The notes: a model not told the origin generated them from the sequence alone. Positions 21,554 to 31,390 are shown, counted from the stretch's first letter. The stretch: 37,511 nt of DNA from Cyanobacteriota bacterium (GCA_035284825.1 JAYKHG010000106.1:1-37511); one strand, 5' to 3'. Made by a program: numbers and translations.

Positions 21554-22703
21554 AAACCCGGGTGCCGGGTTCCAGGCCCGAGAGGATTTGGGTGTCCTTG
21601 CCGCTGCTCACCCCCAGTTCCACGGGCTGGAAGGTGGGCTGACGATCCTTGCCCACCAGCAACACCCCTGGCCGCCCCTTTTCGGTGACCACCGCCACCG
21701 TGGGAACAAGGGTGCGGGCGGGCAGGTTGCCGGTTTTGAAGTCCACGTCTGCGGTCATGCCAATCCGCAGTTCAGGGGGTGGATTGAGCAGCTCCAGCTT
21801 CACCTCAAAGGAGGTGACATTGTTCAGTTTCACGGCACGGGGGGCGATCTGCCGCACCCGGGCGGGAAAGCGGCGCTCGGTAAAGGCATCCACCCGCACG
21901 TCAGCTGGCTGGCCAATACGGAGCCGGCCCAGATCGCTCTCCGGCACCTTGGCGATCACTTCCAACCCCTGGGAGAGTTCCACAATGGAAGAGCTTGTGG
22001 CCCCAGCGGTGGCGGAGGCGGTGGTGGTGGGGGTGACAAAGGCACCCGGTTTGGCGAATCTCTGGGAGATGACGCCCGCAAACGGGGCGCGCACGATCAA
22101 CTCGTTGCCCTCCACTTGGCGTTGCTGGATCCGTTCCTTCGCCGCGGCAACCGCCATGCGCTTCACCTCGTAATCGGCCTGGTAACGCTGCAGGTCGTTG
22201 AGGCTGATCGCCCCCTGGCGGTGGAGCGGCAGGTTGCGGGCCAGTTCGCTGCGGCTGCGCTCCAGCTCGGCCTGGGTGGAACGCAGGTTGGCCTGCAGCT
22301 CTCCGAGCCGGTCTCGGAGATCCCCGGAATCCATCACGGCCAGGGGTTGGCCTTGCTCCACCCGGTCTCCCTCATCCACCAGGAGCTCCAGGAGCTGGCC
22401 CTGGCGCTTCGGGCTCACATTGACCCGCTCCACCGCATCTAATTCACCACTGGCGGTGACGACCCCCGGAAGACTTCCGCTCCTGGCCAATGTGGTGAAG
22501 GGGGCCACGTTCTGCTGGGCGGCGGAGCGCTGGCGCTGCCAGAGCCCAAGGCCAGCCAGGAGAGCTAAGAGCGCGGCCAGGGCAATCCAGAGGGGGCGAC
22601 GGGATCGGGCTCTCCGCAATGGCAAGGCACGGGGAGGGCTCGACACCGCCATGGGAGGAGAAGCCACCGGCTCAAGGGGGCGGATCGGTCGCGGGGCAGT
22701 CAT
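21513..22703 (-). CDS. Efflux periplasmic adaptor / membrane fusion protein (MacA/HlyD-like)
   Basis: N-terminal TM anchor, [27 protein letters not shown] (lipoyl half), coiled coil, [33 protein letters not shown]. Start 22703 or 22652; the 620-aa ORF extension is antisense to ychF. Confidence 0.88.
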   Translation of the reverse strand: MTAPRPIRPLEPVASPPMAVSSPPRALPLRRARSRRPLWIALAALLALLAGLGLWQRQRSAAQQNVAPFTTLARSGSLPGVVTASGELDAVERVNVSPKRQGQLLELLVDEGDRVEQGQPLAVMDSGDLRDRLGELQANLRSTQAELERSRSELARNLPLHRQGAISLNDLQRYQADYEVKRMAVAAAKERIQQRQVEGNELIVRAPFAGVISQRFAKPGAFVTPTTTASATAGATSSSIVELSQGLEVIAKVPESDLGRLRIGQPADVRVDAFTERRFPARVRQIAPRAVKLNNVTSFEVKLELLNPPPELRIGMTADVDFKTGNLPARTLVPTVAVVTEKGRPGVLLVGKDRQPTFQPVELGVSSGKDTQILSGLEPGTRVFIDLPPWAKQKKP

Positions 22704-22770
22704 CGATGGGCCGGATGTCCCCCCAGTCTTGCGGCTGGGGGCTGGATCCGCGGAGCCTAGATTTCCGACC

Positions 22771-23862
22771 ATGCTCAAAGCCGGAATCGTCGGCCTGCCC
22801 AACGTCGGCAAGTCGACCCTCTTCAACGCCCTCGTGGCCAACGCCCAGGCCCAGGCCGCCAACTTTCCCTTCTGCACCATTGAACCCAACACGGGCGTGG
22901 TGGCGGTGCCAGACACGCGGCTGCAACAACTCTCCGACCTCTCCCACTCCCGCGAGATCGTGCCCACCCGGGTGGAATTCGTGGACATCGCCGGCCTGGT
23001 GAAGGGGGCCAGCCAGGGGGAGGGCCTGGGCAACAAGTTTCTGGCCAACATCCGGGAGGTGGACGCCATCGTCCACGTGGTGCGCTGCTTCGAGGACGGG
23101 GACGTGATCCATGTGTCGGGATCGGTGGATCCGGTGCGGGACGCGGAGGTGATCCACCTGGAGCTGGGCCTGGCGGATCTCGCCCAGATCGAAAAGCGCC
23201 GGGAGCGCCTGAAGAAACAGCTGCGCACCAGCAAAGAGGCCCAGCTGGAGGACGGGGCCCTGGCCAGGCTGCAGGAGGCCCTTGAGGCAGGCGGCGCAGC
23301 CCGGAGTGTGGCCCTGAGCGAGGAGGAAGCCGCCCTGGTGAAGCCCCTGGGGTTGCTCACGGCCAAACCGATCATCTATGCCACCAACGTCAGCGAAGAC
23401 GACCTGGCAGGTGGCAATGCCTTCACCGAGGCGGTGCGGGCCCTTGCTGCAAAGGAGGGAGCGGCCGCCGTGGCCATTTCCGCCCAGGTGGAGGCGGAAT
23501 TGATCGCCCTGCCGGAGGAAGAGCGGCAAGAATTTCTTGAGGGCCTTGGCGTCAGCGAGGGGGGGCTGAAGAGCCTCATCCGCGCCACCTACGACCTGCT
23601 GGGCCTTCGCACTTACTTCACCACCGGGGAGAAGGAAACCCGGGCTTGGACCATCCGCGCTGGTATGACGGCCCCCCAGGCCGCCGGTGTGATCCACACG
23701 GATTTTGAACGGGGCTTCATCCGGGCCCAGACCATTGGCTACAAACAACTGCTGGAGGCGGGTTCCCTGGCGGAGGCCCGCAACCGAGGCTGGCTGCGCA
23801 GCGAAGGGAAAGAGTATGTGGTGTGTGAGGGGGATGTGATGGAGTTTCTCTTCAACGTGTGA
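22771..23862 (+). CDS. ychF: Redox-regulated ATPase YchF (Obg family)
   Basis: [55 protein letters not shown] domain [12 protein letters not shown], ends FLFNV; 363 aa. Confidence 0.97.
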   Translation: MLKAGIVGLPNVGKSTLFNALVANAQAQAANFPFCTIEPNTGVVAVPDTRLQQLSDLSHSREIVPTRVEFVDIAGLVKGASQGEGLGNKFLANIREVDAIVHVVRCFEDGDVIHVSGSVDPVRDAEVIHLELGLADLAQIEKRRERLKKQLRTSKEAQLEDGALARLQEALEAGGAARSVALSEEEAALVKPLGLLTAKPIIYATNVSEDDLAGGNAFTEAVRALAAKEGAAAVAISAQVEAELIALPEEERQEFLEGLGVSEGGLKSLIRATYDLLGLRTYFTTGEKETRAWTIRAGMTAPQAAGVIHTDFERGFIRAQTIGYKQLLEAGSLAEARNRGWLRSEGKEYVVCEGDVMEFLFNV

Positions 23863-25550
23863 GCCCGCCGCGGCCAGACCTGAGACGGGGAGACCTGCTG
23901 GCTGGCCTCACCGTGGCGGCCTATCTGGTGCCCCAGTGCCTGGCCTATGGCGAGCTGGCGGGGCTACCCCCCGTGGTGGGGCTATGGGCCATGGTGCCGG
24001 CCATGCTCCTCTATCCCCTGTTGGGCAGCTCGCGCCAGCTGTCGGTGGGCCCCGAAACCAGCACTGCCTTGATGACCGCAGCCGTGGTGGCCCCCCTGGC
24101 GGCGGGGGATCCCCAGCGCTATGCCGTCACGGCCAGCGTGCTCGCGCTCCTGGTGGGGGGGCTCTGTGCCATGGGCGCAGCCTTGCGGCTGGGATTTCTG
24201 GCGGATCTGCTCTCCAAACCCATCCTGGTGGGCTACCTGGCGGGGGTGGCGATTCTGATGGTGTGTGGCCAGCTCCATGCCCTCACGGGCACGGGCCAGC
24301 GGGCCGACACCCTGGTGGACGCCGTGCGGGAAAGGCTGGCTACGGAGGGAAGTGTGCATGGCCCCAGCGTGCTGGTGGCCCTGGGGGCCCTGGCCCTCAT
24401 GCTCGCCCTGCGGCGGTGGGCACCCAGCTGGCCAGGCCCCCTGGTGGCGGTGTTGCTCACCACGGCGGCCGTGCCGCTATTGCACCTCGAGGAAAGGGGG
24501 GTTGCTCTGATCGGTGCCATCCCGGCCGGGCTCCCCTGGCCCCAGCTGCCCTCTCCACCCGGGTCCCTCGCTGAGCTGCAGCCCCTGCTGGCGGGTGCCC
24601 TGGGGATCTCCCTAGTGGGCTACTCCGACACCGTGCTGACCGGCAGGGCCTTTGCCCACCGCGGGGGGCAAAGGCTGGATGCCAATCGGGAACTGCTGGC
24701 CCTGGCGGCGGTGAATCTGGGGAGTGGGCTGATGCAGGGCTTTCCCGTGAGCAGCAGCAACACCCGCACGGCCCTGGCGGAGGCGGCGGGATGCCGCAGC
24801 CAGCGCTACGCGCTGGTGGCCGCAGGGGTCACCCTGCTGGTGTTGGCGAGCCTGCGGCCGCTCTTGAGCCAGTTCCCACGGCCCGCCTTGGCGGCAATCG
24901 TGGTGTACGCGGCCCTGCGGTTGATCGAGCCCGGGGCCTTCCTGCGGCTCTGGCGCTTTCGGCCGAGCGAATGCTTGCTGGCCCTGGGCACCCTGGCGGG
25001 GGTGCTGCTCACGGGGCTGCTCCCGGGGGTGGCCCTGGCCGTTGGGCTCTCCGTGGTGGCGCTCTTCGGTCGACTGGCGCGGCCCCATGCCGCCGTCATG
25101 GGGGAGGTGCCGGGCATGGCGGGCTTCCACGATGTGGCGGATTGGGAGGGCGGCCGCACCATCCCGGGTCTGGTGCTCTTTCGCTACGACGCCCCCCTGT
25201 GTTTTGCCAACGCGGAGGACTTTCGCCGTCGCGCACTGGCCGCCCTGGCTGGAGCTGACCCACCGGCGACGTGGCTGATGCTCAACGGCGAGGCGATCGT
25301 GGAGATCGACAGCACGGCGGCGGACATGCTGCTCGAACTCCAGGAGGAGCTGGCGGAGCGGGGCGTGAGGCTGGCTCTCACCCGGGTGAAACGGGAATTG
25401 CATGCCCAGCTGGAGGCCTGTGGACTGGTGGCTCGGGTGGGGGCAGAGCATGTGTATGCCACCATCCCCACGGCGGTGGCGGCCTATCTGCAGCAGCGGG
25501 AGAGCAAAGCACCTTCGATCAGAGAAAATCATGCGAGCATCGATTCCTGA
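23859..25550 (+). CDS. SulP/SLC26 family anion transporter with STAS domain
   Basis: GDLLAGLTVAAYLVPQCLAYGELAGLPP, GSSRQLSVGP, LDANRELLAL, STAS FRYDAPLCFANA..IDSTA; GTG overlaps the ychF stop (GTGA). Confidence 0.9.
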   Translation: MSPPRPDLRRGDLLAGLTVAAYLVPQCLAYGELAGLPPVVGLWAMVPAMLLYPLLGSSRQLSVGPETSTALMTAAVVAPLAAGDPQRYAVTASVLALLVGGLCAMGAALRLGFLADLLSKPILVGYLAGVAILMVCGQLHALTGTGQRADTLVDAVRERLATEGSVHGPSVLVALGALALMLALRRWAPSWPGPLVAVLLTTAAVPLLHLEERGVALIGAIPAGLPWPQLPSPPGSLAELQPLLAGALGISLVGYSDTVLTGRAFAHRGGQRLDANRELLALAAVNLGSGLMQGFPVSSSNTRTALAEAAGCRSQRYALVAAGVTLLVLASLRPLLSQFPRPALAAIVVYAALRLIEPGAFLRLWRFRPSECLLALGTLAGVLLTGLLPGVALAVGLSVVALFGRLARPHAAVMGEVPGMAGFHDVADWEGGRTIPGLVLFRYDAPLCFANAEDFRRRALAALAGADPPATWLMLNGEAIVEIDSTAADMLLELQEELAERGVRLALTRVKRELHAQLEACGLVARVGAEHVYATIPTAVAAYLQQRESKAPSIRENHASIDS

Positions 25551-25570
25551 GGGAAGGACAGACCAGATCC

Positions 25571-25810
25571 ATGGACCCCAGCGACGCCCCCACCCCCGCC
25601 TCCCCCAAGCCTGGGGCCACACCTCAACCGGAAAGGGCTGAGGCTGCCTCAACGGTTGGCGCCACCACGGCAGAGGCCAGGCCCCACGATTTCGAGGTGC
25701 AGAAACAGATTCACCAGCAGATCCGCAACGATCCCGATTACGACGATTGGGAATACGGAACGGAGCCCCTGCCCCATGAGGCCTGGAGTCAACAAACGCC
25801 CGCCGAATAG
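25571..25810 (+). CDS. Small hypothetical protein (79 aa)
   Basis: ATG preceded by purine-rich GAGGGAAGGA; low-complexity N-half then QIRNDPDYDDWEYGTEPLP; host-like codon usage. Confidence 0.55.
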   Translation: MDPSDAPTPASPKPGATPQPERAEAASTVGATTAEARPHDFEVQKQIHQQIRNDPDYDDWEYGTEPLPHEAWSQQTPAE

Positions 25811-27087
25811 TGGTCCAGCCGCCGCACTAGGGGCAAACCCAGGAGCAGGGCCCCCGTGGTGGCCAGCCACAGACCAACCCCATGGCCCTGGCGATCCAGC
25901 AGCCAGCCCCCCAGCAGCGGCGCCGTCAGGCCGCTCACGGCAAAACACTGGGAAAAGAGTGCCATCGCCAGCCCCCGGTGGGCCTCGCCCGTGAGCTCCA
26001 CCACCGCTTCTGTGGCCGTGGGCAGGAAGGCCGCTGCCCCCAGCGCCAGGGGCAGCTGGGCGGCCAAGAGCAGCCATCCCCCCCAGGGGAGCAGGGCGGA
26101 CCCCGCCAGCAGGAGGGTGCCGCTGGAGAAGGCCACCAAACTCAAGGCCAGACCAAGCGCCACGGGTTTGCGGGCCAGGGCCCGCCCGATCGGCCACTGC
26201 ACCATGAGCAGCAAGCCAAGTTGCAGACCAATGGTGAGGGCCCCCAGGCTTTCCGGCAGGGGGGGCCTGAGGAGCCCCCCTCGCACCAGATCGAGGGGCA
26301 AGGCGCTCTGCATGAGAGCGGGAACGGCAGTGGCCAGCACGACCACCCCCAGCAGGGGGGCGAGGGGAAGCAGCCAATGGCCATCCGCCAGCCATGGCCC
26401 CTTGGTCCATGGCTGGGCCGCAGGCAATCGTTCATGGGAGGGCTGGCTCGGCAGGGGAGCACGCCAGAGCATCAACGCCATCAGGGAGAGACCGCCCAGA
26501 TCCAGCAGGTAGATGCCCCTCAGCCACCCCAGAGCTGCCAGGAGAGCGCCAGCCAGGGAGCCGGTGGCGATGCCAAAGGCATCTGCCGTGCGGGCGAGGG
26601 CAAAGCCCTTTGCGGAGGGCACAGGCCCACAGGTGAGGGGTACCGCCAGCTCAATCGCTGGCCAATAGAGCCCCATCGCCAGACCAAGAAACCCCTGACC
26701 GAGGCGATAGGCGCCCTCGGTGGTGGCACCCAGGAGCACCCCATCACCAAGACAAGATGCCAGCACACTCAGCCCGATGGGCCAGGTGCAGGAACAGCCT
26801 CGATCCAACAGCGATCCGCTCAGGAGGCGCCCCGCCACCCCCACCAGGGCGGCGACGGCCAACCCTTCCCCCACATCGCCGGCGGTTAGAGCCGCCCGAT
26901 GAAACACCATCGGCGTGAGATAGAGCACGGCGCCGGCTCCGATGGCGGAAAGCATCCTGAGAACGGCAACTTCCCGCAGCGGCAGGGGAAACTGGGAGAT
27001 CCAAACGCCTGGTCCATTCCCTGCTGGTGTTCGTCTCAAGCCCCTCTCACCGGTGGTGCGCCATGGCAGCCAGTCTGCTGGTGGCAT
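25789..27087 (-). CDS. Major facilitator superfamily transporter
   Basis: About 12 hydrophobic segments, GRLLSGSLLDRG motif-A-like, GLAMGLYWPA, LGGWLLD. Start uncertain (overlaps the divergent gene). Confidence 0.8.
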   Translation of the reverse strand: MPPADWLPWRTTGERGLRRTPAGNGPGVWISQFPLPLREVAVLRMLSAIGAGAVLYLTPMVFHRAALTAGDVGEGLAVAALVGVAGRLLSGSLLDRGCSCTWPIGLSVLASCLGDGVLLGATTEGAYRLGQGFLGLAMGLYWPAIELAVPLTCGPVPSAKGFALARTADAFGIATGSLAGALLAALGWLRGIYLLDLGGLSLMALMLWRAPLPSQPSHERLPAAQPWTKGPWLADGHWLLPLAPLLGVVVLATAVPALMQSALPLDLVRGGLLRPPLPESLGALTIGLQLGLLLMVQWPIGRALARKPVALGLALSLVAFSSGTLLLAGSALLPWGGWLLLAAQLPLALGAAAFLPTATEAVVELTGEAHRGLAMALFSQCFAVSGLTAPLLGGWLLDRQGHGVGLWLATTGALLLGLPLVRRLDHYSAGVC

Positions 27088-28685
27088 GGACGCCAGGAGT
27101 GGCCATGCCCCTGGCGGCTGCGGAGGTGTTGGACATCCACCTCGAGTCCCTGCGGCTGCCGATCTCCCTGGAACAACTGGAAACCTGGAGCCTCTCCAAG
27201 GGACGGCGGGGAGAGCTGCCCCAGGGCGAGGCCAACTCCGATCTGGCGGTCTGGTTCAGTTTGCTGGATGGGGAGAGCCAGGAGGATCTGCGCCAGCTGC
27301 TGCGGGCCACGCTGGTGCGGGACCAGGGGTTTAGTCGGCAGCTGCTCGACAGTTGGGCCGGCAGCCAGATGTTGGCAGAAGTTGGGCGGGTTCTCACCAC
27401 GCCCACGGGCCAAAGCACCACCCCTCTGCTGCGGGTCACTTTGAGCCGCCTGCTGGAGGAGAGACGGGAAGTGTCGGTGCTGGCGCTGCTCCGGGCCCTG
27501 CCGGAGCAGCGCCTCCAGCTCCAATTGGATGGCCTTTTGGAGCTGGCCCAACAATGGCGCTTGGAGCTGAACCGTCAGGTCAAGGCCCTGCGCCAACTGG
27601 AAGCTTTGGGCCAGCTGCAGGCCCGCCCAGTGGGCGCCGATGGGCAGGCCCCCCGGGGTCCGGAGGCAGGGAGGGGGGACCAGCCACTGCGGATGACTGT
27701 GGCGGTGCCGGGCCGCCCAGAACCCCTTCCCCTGGAGATTTGGAAGCCCCCACCGACGGCAACCCCACCGACGGCAACAGTGGGCTTGGGGCGCAGGCCC
27801 TGGTTGCTGATCATGCCTGGGCTGGGGGGGACGGCGGAGCAGATGGGATGGTTGGCGGCGGCCCTGGCTGAGCAGGGATGGCCCACGGTGGTGCTCCAGC
27901 ACCCTGGCAGCGATGCCGTTGCCATGCGGGCCACCCTCGAGGGGCTGCGCCCCCCCCCGGGGGCGGAAACCCTCCCCCAGCGGCTGGCGGATCTGCAGGC
28001 CGTGCTCAGTGCCCAAAAGCAAGGCCTGCTTCCCCTGGGCCCAAAGCCGGATGGGGTTGTGCTGATTGGCCATTCCCTGGGTGGCGTGGCTGCCCTGCTG
28101 GGGGCTGGACTCCCCCCGGAGGTGGGGCTGGAGCGTCGCTGCAAGAAGTTTGTGGATCGGTTGCCGCTCACCAATCCGTCCCTGCTGTTGCAATGCCAGC
28201 TCCCGCGGACTGCCCTGCCAGTGGTGTTCCGCCCCACTGACGAGATTCGGGGGGTGGTGGTCTACAACAGCTTCGGGAGCTTGCTCTGGCCCCAGCGGGG
28301 ACTCGGGACTTTGCCCATTCCGGTGCTGATGGTTGGGGGAAGCCTGGATCTGGTCACCCCACCGATCGCGGAGCAATTGTCACTCTTCCTGCCGGTGGGC
28401 CACGACCGCAGTCGCCTGGTGTTGGTGGATGGAGCGAGCCATTTCTCCCCGGTGCGGGTCAGTGCCCGGGAGCAGGCTCTCCTGCAGCTGGGAACGGATC
28501 TGGTGGGCGCCTCACCGGAAGCGGTCCAGACCCTGCTGTTGCATCTCACGGGGGCGTTTTTGAAATCGGTGGAACCCCCTCCAGCCCAAGGCCTTCCTCC
28601 CCAGCGGCTGCAGGTGGGGGGGGTGAAGGCCTACGTGATGGATGGACCATCGGCTGCGGCCTGGCGCCATCGGCTGCGTCCCTGA
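27063..28685 (+). CDS. Alpha/beta hydrolase with N-terminal DUF1400-like domain
   Basis: Signal-like N-terminus, LPISLEQLETW, PGLGG, QHPGSD, nucleophile elbow GHSLGG, GSLDLVTP, GASHFS. Start uncertain (27027/27063/27105). Confidence 0.8.
   Translation: MAASLLVAWTPGVAMPLAAAEVLDIHLESLRLPISLEQLETWSLSKGRRGELPQGEANSDLAVWFSLLDGESQEDLRQLLRATLVRDQGFSRQLLDSWAGSQMLAEVGRVLTTPTGQSTTPLLRVTLSRLLEERREVSVLALLRALPEQRLQLQLDGLLELAQQWRLELNRQVKALRQLEALGQLQARPVGADGQAPRGPEAGRGDQPLRMTVAVPGRPEPLPLEIWKPPPTATPPTATVGLGRRPWLLIMPGLGGTAEQMGWLAAALAEQGWPTVVLQHPGSDAVAMRATLEGLRPPPGAETLPQRLADLQAVLSAQKQGLLPLGPKPDGVVLIGHSLGGVAALLGAGLPPEVGLERRCKKFVDRLPLTNPSLLLQCQLPRTALPVVFRPTDEIRGVVVYNSFGSLLWPQRGLGTLPIPVLMVGGSLDLVTPPIAEQLSLFLPVGHDRSRLVLVDGASHFSPVRVSAREQALLQLGTDLVGASPEAVQTLLLHLTGAFLKSVEPPPAQGLPPQRLQVGGVKAYVMDGPSAAAWRHRLRP
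27748..27777 (+). repeat. Perfect 15-bp tandem duplication (CCCCACCGACGGCAA x2) in the hydrolase
   Basis: Read directly; encodes PPTAT-PPTAT, in frame. Confidence 0.85.
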
Positions 28686-28694
28686 ACCCATGGC

Positions 28695-29714
28695 TCAATA
28701 GCGAATGCGGGGATCCAGCAGAGCCACCAGCACATCCACCGCCACGCTGACCAGCACCACCAGGGCCGCCACCACGACCACGATGGCTTGCACCACCGGA
28801 TAATCCCGCTGGGCGATGGCTTCCTGCAGCCGGAAGGCGATACCGGGCCAGGAGTAGGTGACTTCGATCAGCAGGGCTCCGCCGATGAGGGAGGCCACCG
28901 TGATGCCCGCAATGGTGAGAACGGGCAACAGAGCATTCGGCAGGGCATGGTGCAACACCACCCGCCGCTCGCTGAGGCCACGGCTTCGGGCCGCTTCCAC
29001 GTAGTCGGAGGCCAGGGCCCGCCGCAGGTTGAGGCGCAGGGCATTGGTGAAGATGCCGCTGAGCAGCAGGCCGAGGGTGGAGGCAGGCAGCACCAGATGC
29101 CGCAGGGTGCCAACCAGCTGGGGCCAATTGCCGGCCTTCAAGCTGTCAAAGATGTAAAAGCCTGATCCGCTGGGTGGCAACAGGGTGGGGGGGAAGCGGC
29201 CGCCCACCGGCAGCCAACCCAGGGCGACGGCGAACACCAGCTGCAGCACCATCGCCGCCCAGAAGGGGGGGAGGGCATAGGTGCCGATCCAGAAGAGACG
29301 GCCCGCCAGATCCACCTTCCCCTCCGGTCGCGCAATCCCGCTGAATCCCACGGCCAAACCCAAGATCGCCGCCAGCAGCAGCGCCACCACCCCCAGCTCC
29401 AAACTGGCCGGGAGGCTACGGCCAATGATGGTGGTGACAGGCTCCTGACTGCTCAAGGACGTTCCCAGATCGCCCCGCAGCAGATGGCCTAGAAAACTGC
29501 CGTATTGCACCGGCAGCGACTGATCCAGCCCCAGCTGCTGCCTTAGGGCAGCCCTGGCCTCTTCCGGTGCCCGGCTGCCGAGCAGGGCGTCAATGGGGTC
29601 GCCTGGCGCCACCCGCAGCAGCAAAAACACCAGGGTGGCAATGAGCCAGAGCATCACGGGCACCAGGGCCATTCGGGCCGCCACATAGCTCAGGAGGGCA
29701 CGGCGCCGGCTCAT
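28695..29714 (-). CDS. Peptide/nickel ABC transporter permease (DppB/OppB family)
   Basis: LLRVAPGDP, LLRGDLGTSL, LPASLEL, EAA motif DYVEAARSRGLSERRVVLHHALPNALLP, RDYPVVQ. Confidence 0.9.
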   Translation of the reverse strand: MSRRRALLSYVAARMALVPVMLWLIATLVFLLLRVAPGDPIDALLGSRAPEEARAALRQQLGLDQSLPVQYGSFLGHLLRGDLGTSLSSQEPVTTIIGRSLPASLELGVVALLLAAILGLAVGFSGIARPEGKVDLAGRLFWIGTYALPPFWAAMVLQLVFAVALGWLPVGGRFPPTLLPPSGSGFYIFDSLKAGNWPQLVGTLRHLVLPASTLGLLLSGIFTNALRLNLRRALASDYVEAARSRGLSERRVVLHHALPNALLPVLTIAGITVASLIGGALLIEVTYSWPGIAFRLQEAIAQRDYPVVQAIVVVVAALVVLVSVAVDVLVALLDPRIRY

Positions 29715-31324
29715 GGCTGGTCTCCTTCAGCCCGCAGGGCGCTGAGCACCAGCCGGCCCGAGCCATCAAAACGGGGGGGGCTGACCCTGGTTTGGGCCCA
29801 GGCCACGGGGGTCACCACCCACAGGGGGAGATAGGGCACCCCATCGGCGGCGCGGCGCTGCACCCGCTGCAGGAGCGCCAGGCGATTCGGGCCGGCCATT
29901 TCGCTGCTGCCCAGGAGCTCGGCCTCCAACCCGGGGGCCGTCCAGAAGCTGCCGCTGAGCACGCTGCCCCCCTCCAGGCAGCGGCTGCCTTCCGCCTTGC
30001 TGCACCCGAGCATGGGGGTGAGGTAGTTCTCCGCATCGGGATAATCCCCCATCCAGTCAAGGAGAATCATGGTGAAAGCCCCCTTGTCGAGCTGGGAGTA
30101 GGCGGTGGTGGATTCCATGCCACTGGGCTCCAGGGTGAGGCAGTCGGCCAGGTCACGCCGGAGTTGGGCCTGCCAGGTGAGGGCAAAAAGCCGATCACTG
30201 GGGATGTCGGATCGAAAGGTGAGAGGCAGGTGGAGGGTGCGGCCATTGCAGTAGCCCACTTGCCGGAGGAGGGCCCGGGCCCGGATGGGATCGTAGGCGG
30301 GCCAGGCGGTGGGATCGGCCCCAGGAAGCACAGGGGGCACGAGGGAGCGCAGGGGGGGGCGCATCCCCAGGCTCACCCGCTCCTGGATCAGCCGCCTGTC
30401 CAGGCTGTGGGCCAGGGCCTGCCGCAGGCGGGGATCCTGAAGGGGGGGTTCGGAAGTGAGCAGGGAGAGAAAGCCGATCTCCAGGGGCGGCCCCACCGAC
30501 TCCTTGAGCTTTCCAGCCGCCGCCAGGCGGTGGAGGGCCCGTTGATGGTCGAGTTCAAGGCTGTTGGACAGCAGCACATCCACTTCCCCACTGCGCAAAG
30601 CGCCGAAGAGGGCCGTGGAATTGCTGTAGCTGATCAGCATCAGGCCCCTGTTGGCCGGCTGGGGGCCCCAATAGCCGGCGAAGGGGGTCAGGCGCAGCTG
30701 CTGGCCACCGAAGAAGGTGAGTTTGTAGGGACCTGTGCCCACGAAGCGCTCGGGAAGTGGCTTCTTGGCATAGGTGCGGTAGGCCGTGGGCGACACCGGC
30801 GTGAGCACGATGGAGCTCAGCAGCTGGGGCAGGGGGGCGAAAGGCCGTTTGAGCTCCAGCTCGAGGGTGTGGGGATCCCTGGCACGGATGGCGCTGACGC
30901 GATCGCTGAGCTGATAGCTCAGGGTGCCGAACGCCAGGAAGCGGTTGAGGGAGAACACCATGGCCGCCGCATCGAAGGGCGTGCCGTCGTGAAAACGCAC
31001 CCCACGCCGCAGGGGGATGCGGGCCAACCGGCCATCAGGACTGAGCTGGGGAAGGGCAGTGGCCAGCCGGGGTTCGAGGCGACCATCGGCGGCGATGGCG
31101 TAGAGGGGGTCGCCGATGGCACTGAGCAGCTGTTGCTCCCCGATGCGGGAGGCCTTCGCTGGATCGAGGGATTCGATCCGGCTTTTTGTGGCCACGATCA
31201 GGGTGCCAGGGGGTTTGGCTGCCTGGCAGGCCGTGAGGGAGAGCAACAACAAAGCGGTTGGACCCCAGGCCAGCAGGCCTGAACGCACCGACCAAGACAA
31301 GTGGGAGGTCGCGGCGGAGGTCAC
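29711..31324 (-). CDS. Peptide/nickel ABC transporter substrate-binding lipoprotein (family 5)
   Basis: Lipobox-like LTAC, SLDPA, LRRGVRFHDGTPFDA, VGTGPYKL, DPRLRQALAHSLDR, WMGDYPDAENYL. GTG start; stop overlaps the permease start. Confidence 0.9.
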   Translation of the reverse strand: MTSAATSHLSWSVRSGLLAWGPTALLLLSLTACQAAKPPGTLIVATKSRIESLDPAKASRIGEQQLLSAIGDPLYAIAADGRLEPRLATALPQLSPDGRLARIPLRRGVRFHDGTPFDAAAMVFSLNRFLAFGTLSYQLSDRVSAIRARDPHTLELELKRPFAPLPQLLSSIVLTPVSPTAYRTYAKKPLPERFVGTGPYKLTFFGGQQLRLTPFAGYWGPQPANRGLMLISYSNSTALFGALRSGEVDVLLSNSLELDHQRALHRLAAAGKLKESVGPPLEIGFLSLLTSEPPLQDPRLRQALAHSLDRRLIQERVSLGMRPPLRSLVPPVLPGADPTAWPAYDPIRARALLRQVGYCNGRTLHLPLTFRSDIPSDRLFALTWQAQLRRDLADCLTLEPSGMESTTAYSQLDKGAFTMILLDWMGDYPDAENYLTPMLGCSKAEGSRCLEGGSVLSGSFWTAPGLEAELLGSSEMAGPNRLALLQRVQRRAADGVPYLPLWVVTPVAWAQTRVSPPRFDGSGRLVLSALRAEGDQP

Positions 31325-31390
31325 GCCTGAAGGGAAGGAAGCGCCCCATTCAAAAGGACCGGCGGAGAAGCAGCGGAGGACCGGCCGGAC

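Noticed and set aside
21513-23862. 620-aa and 554-aa ORFs that look like fusions or mutually overlapping genes around MFP/ychF
   Set aside because: The extensions are antisense read-through of the neighbouring gene. Stop codons are scarce at this GC, and both real proteins begin at recognisable family starts.
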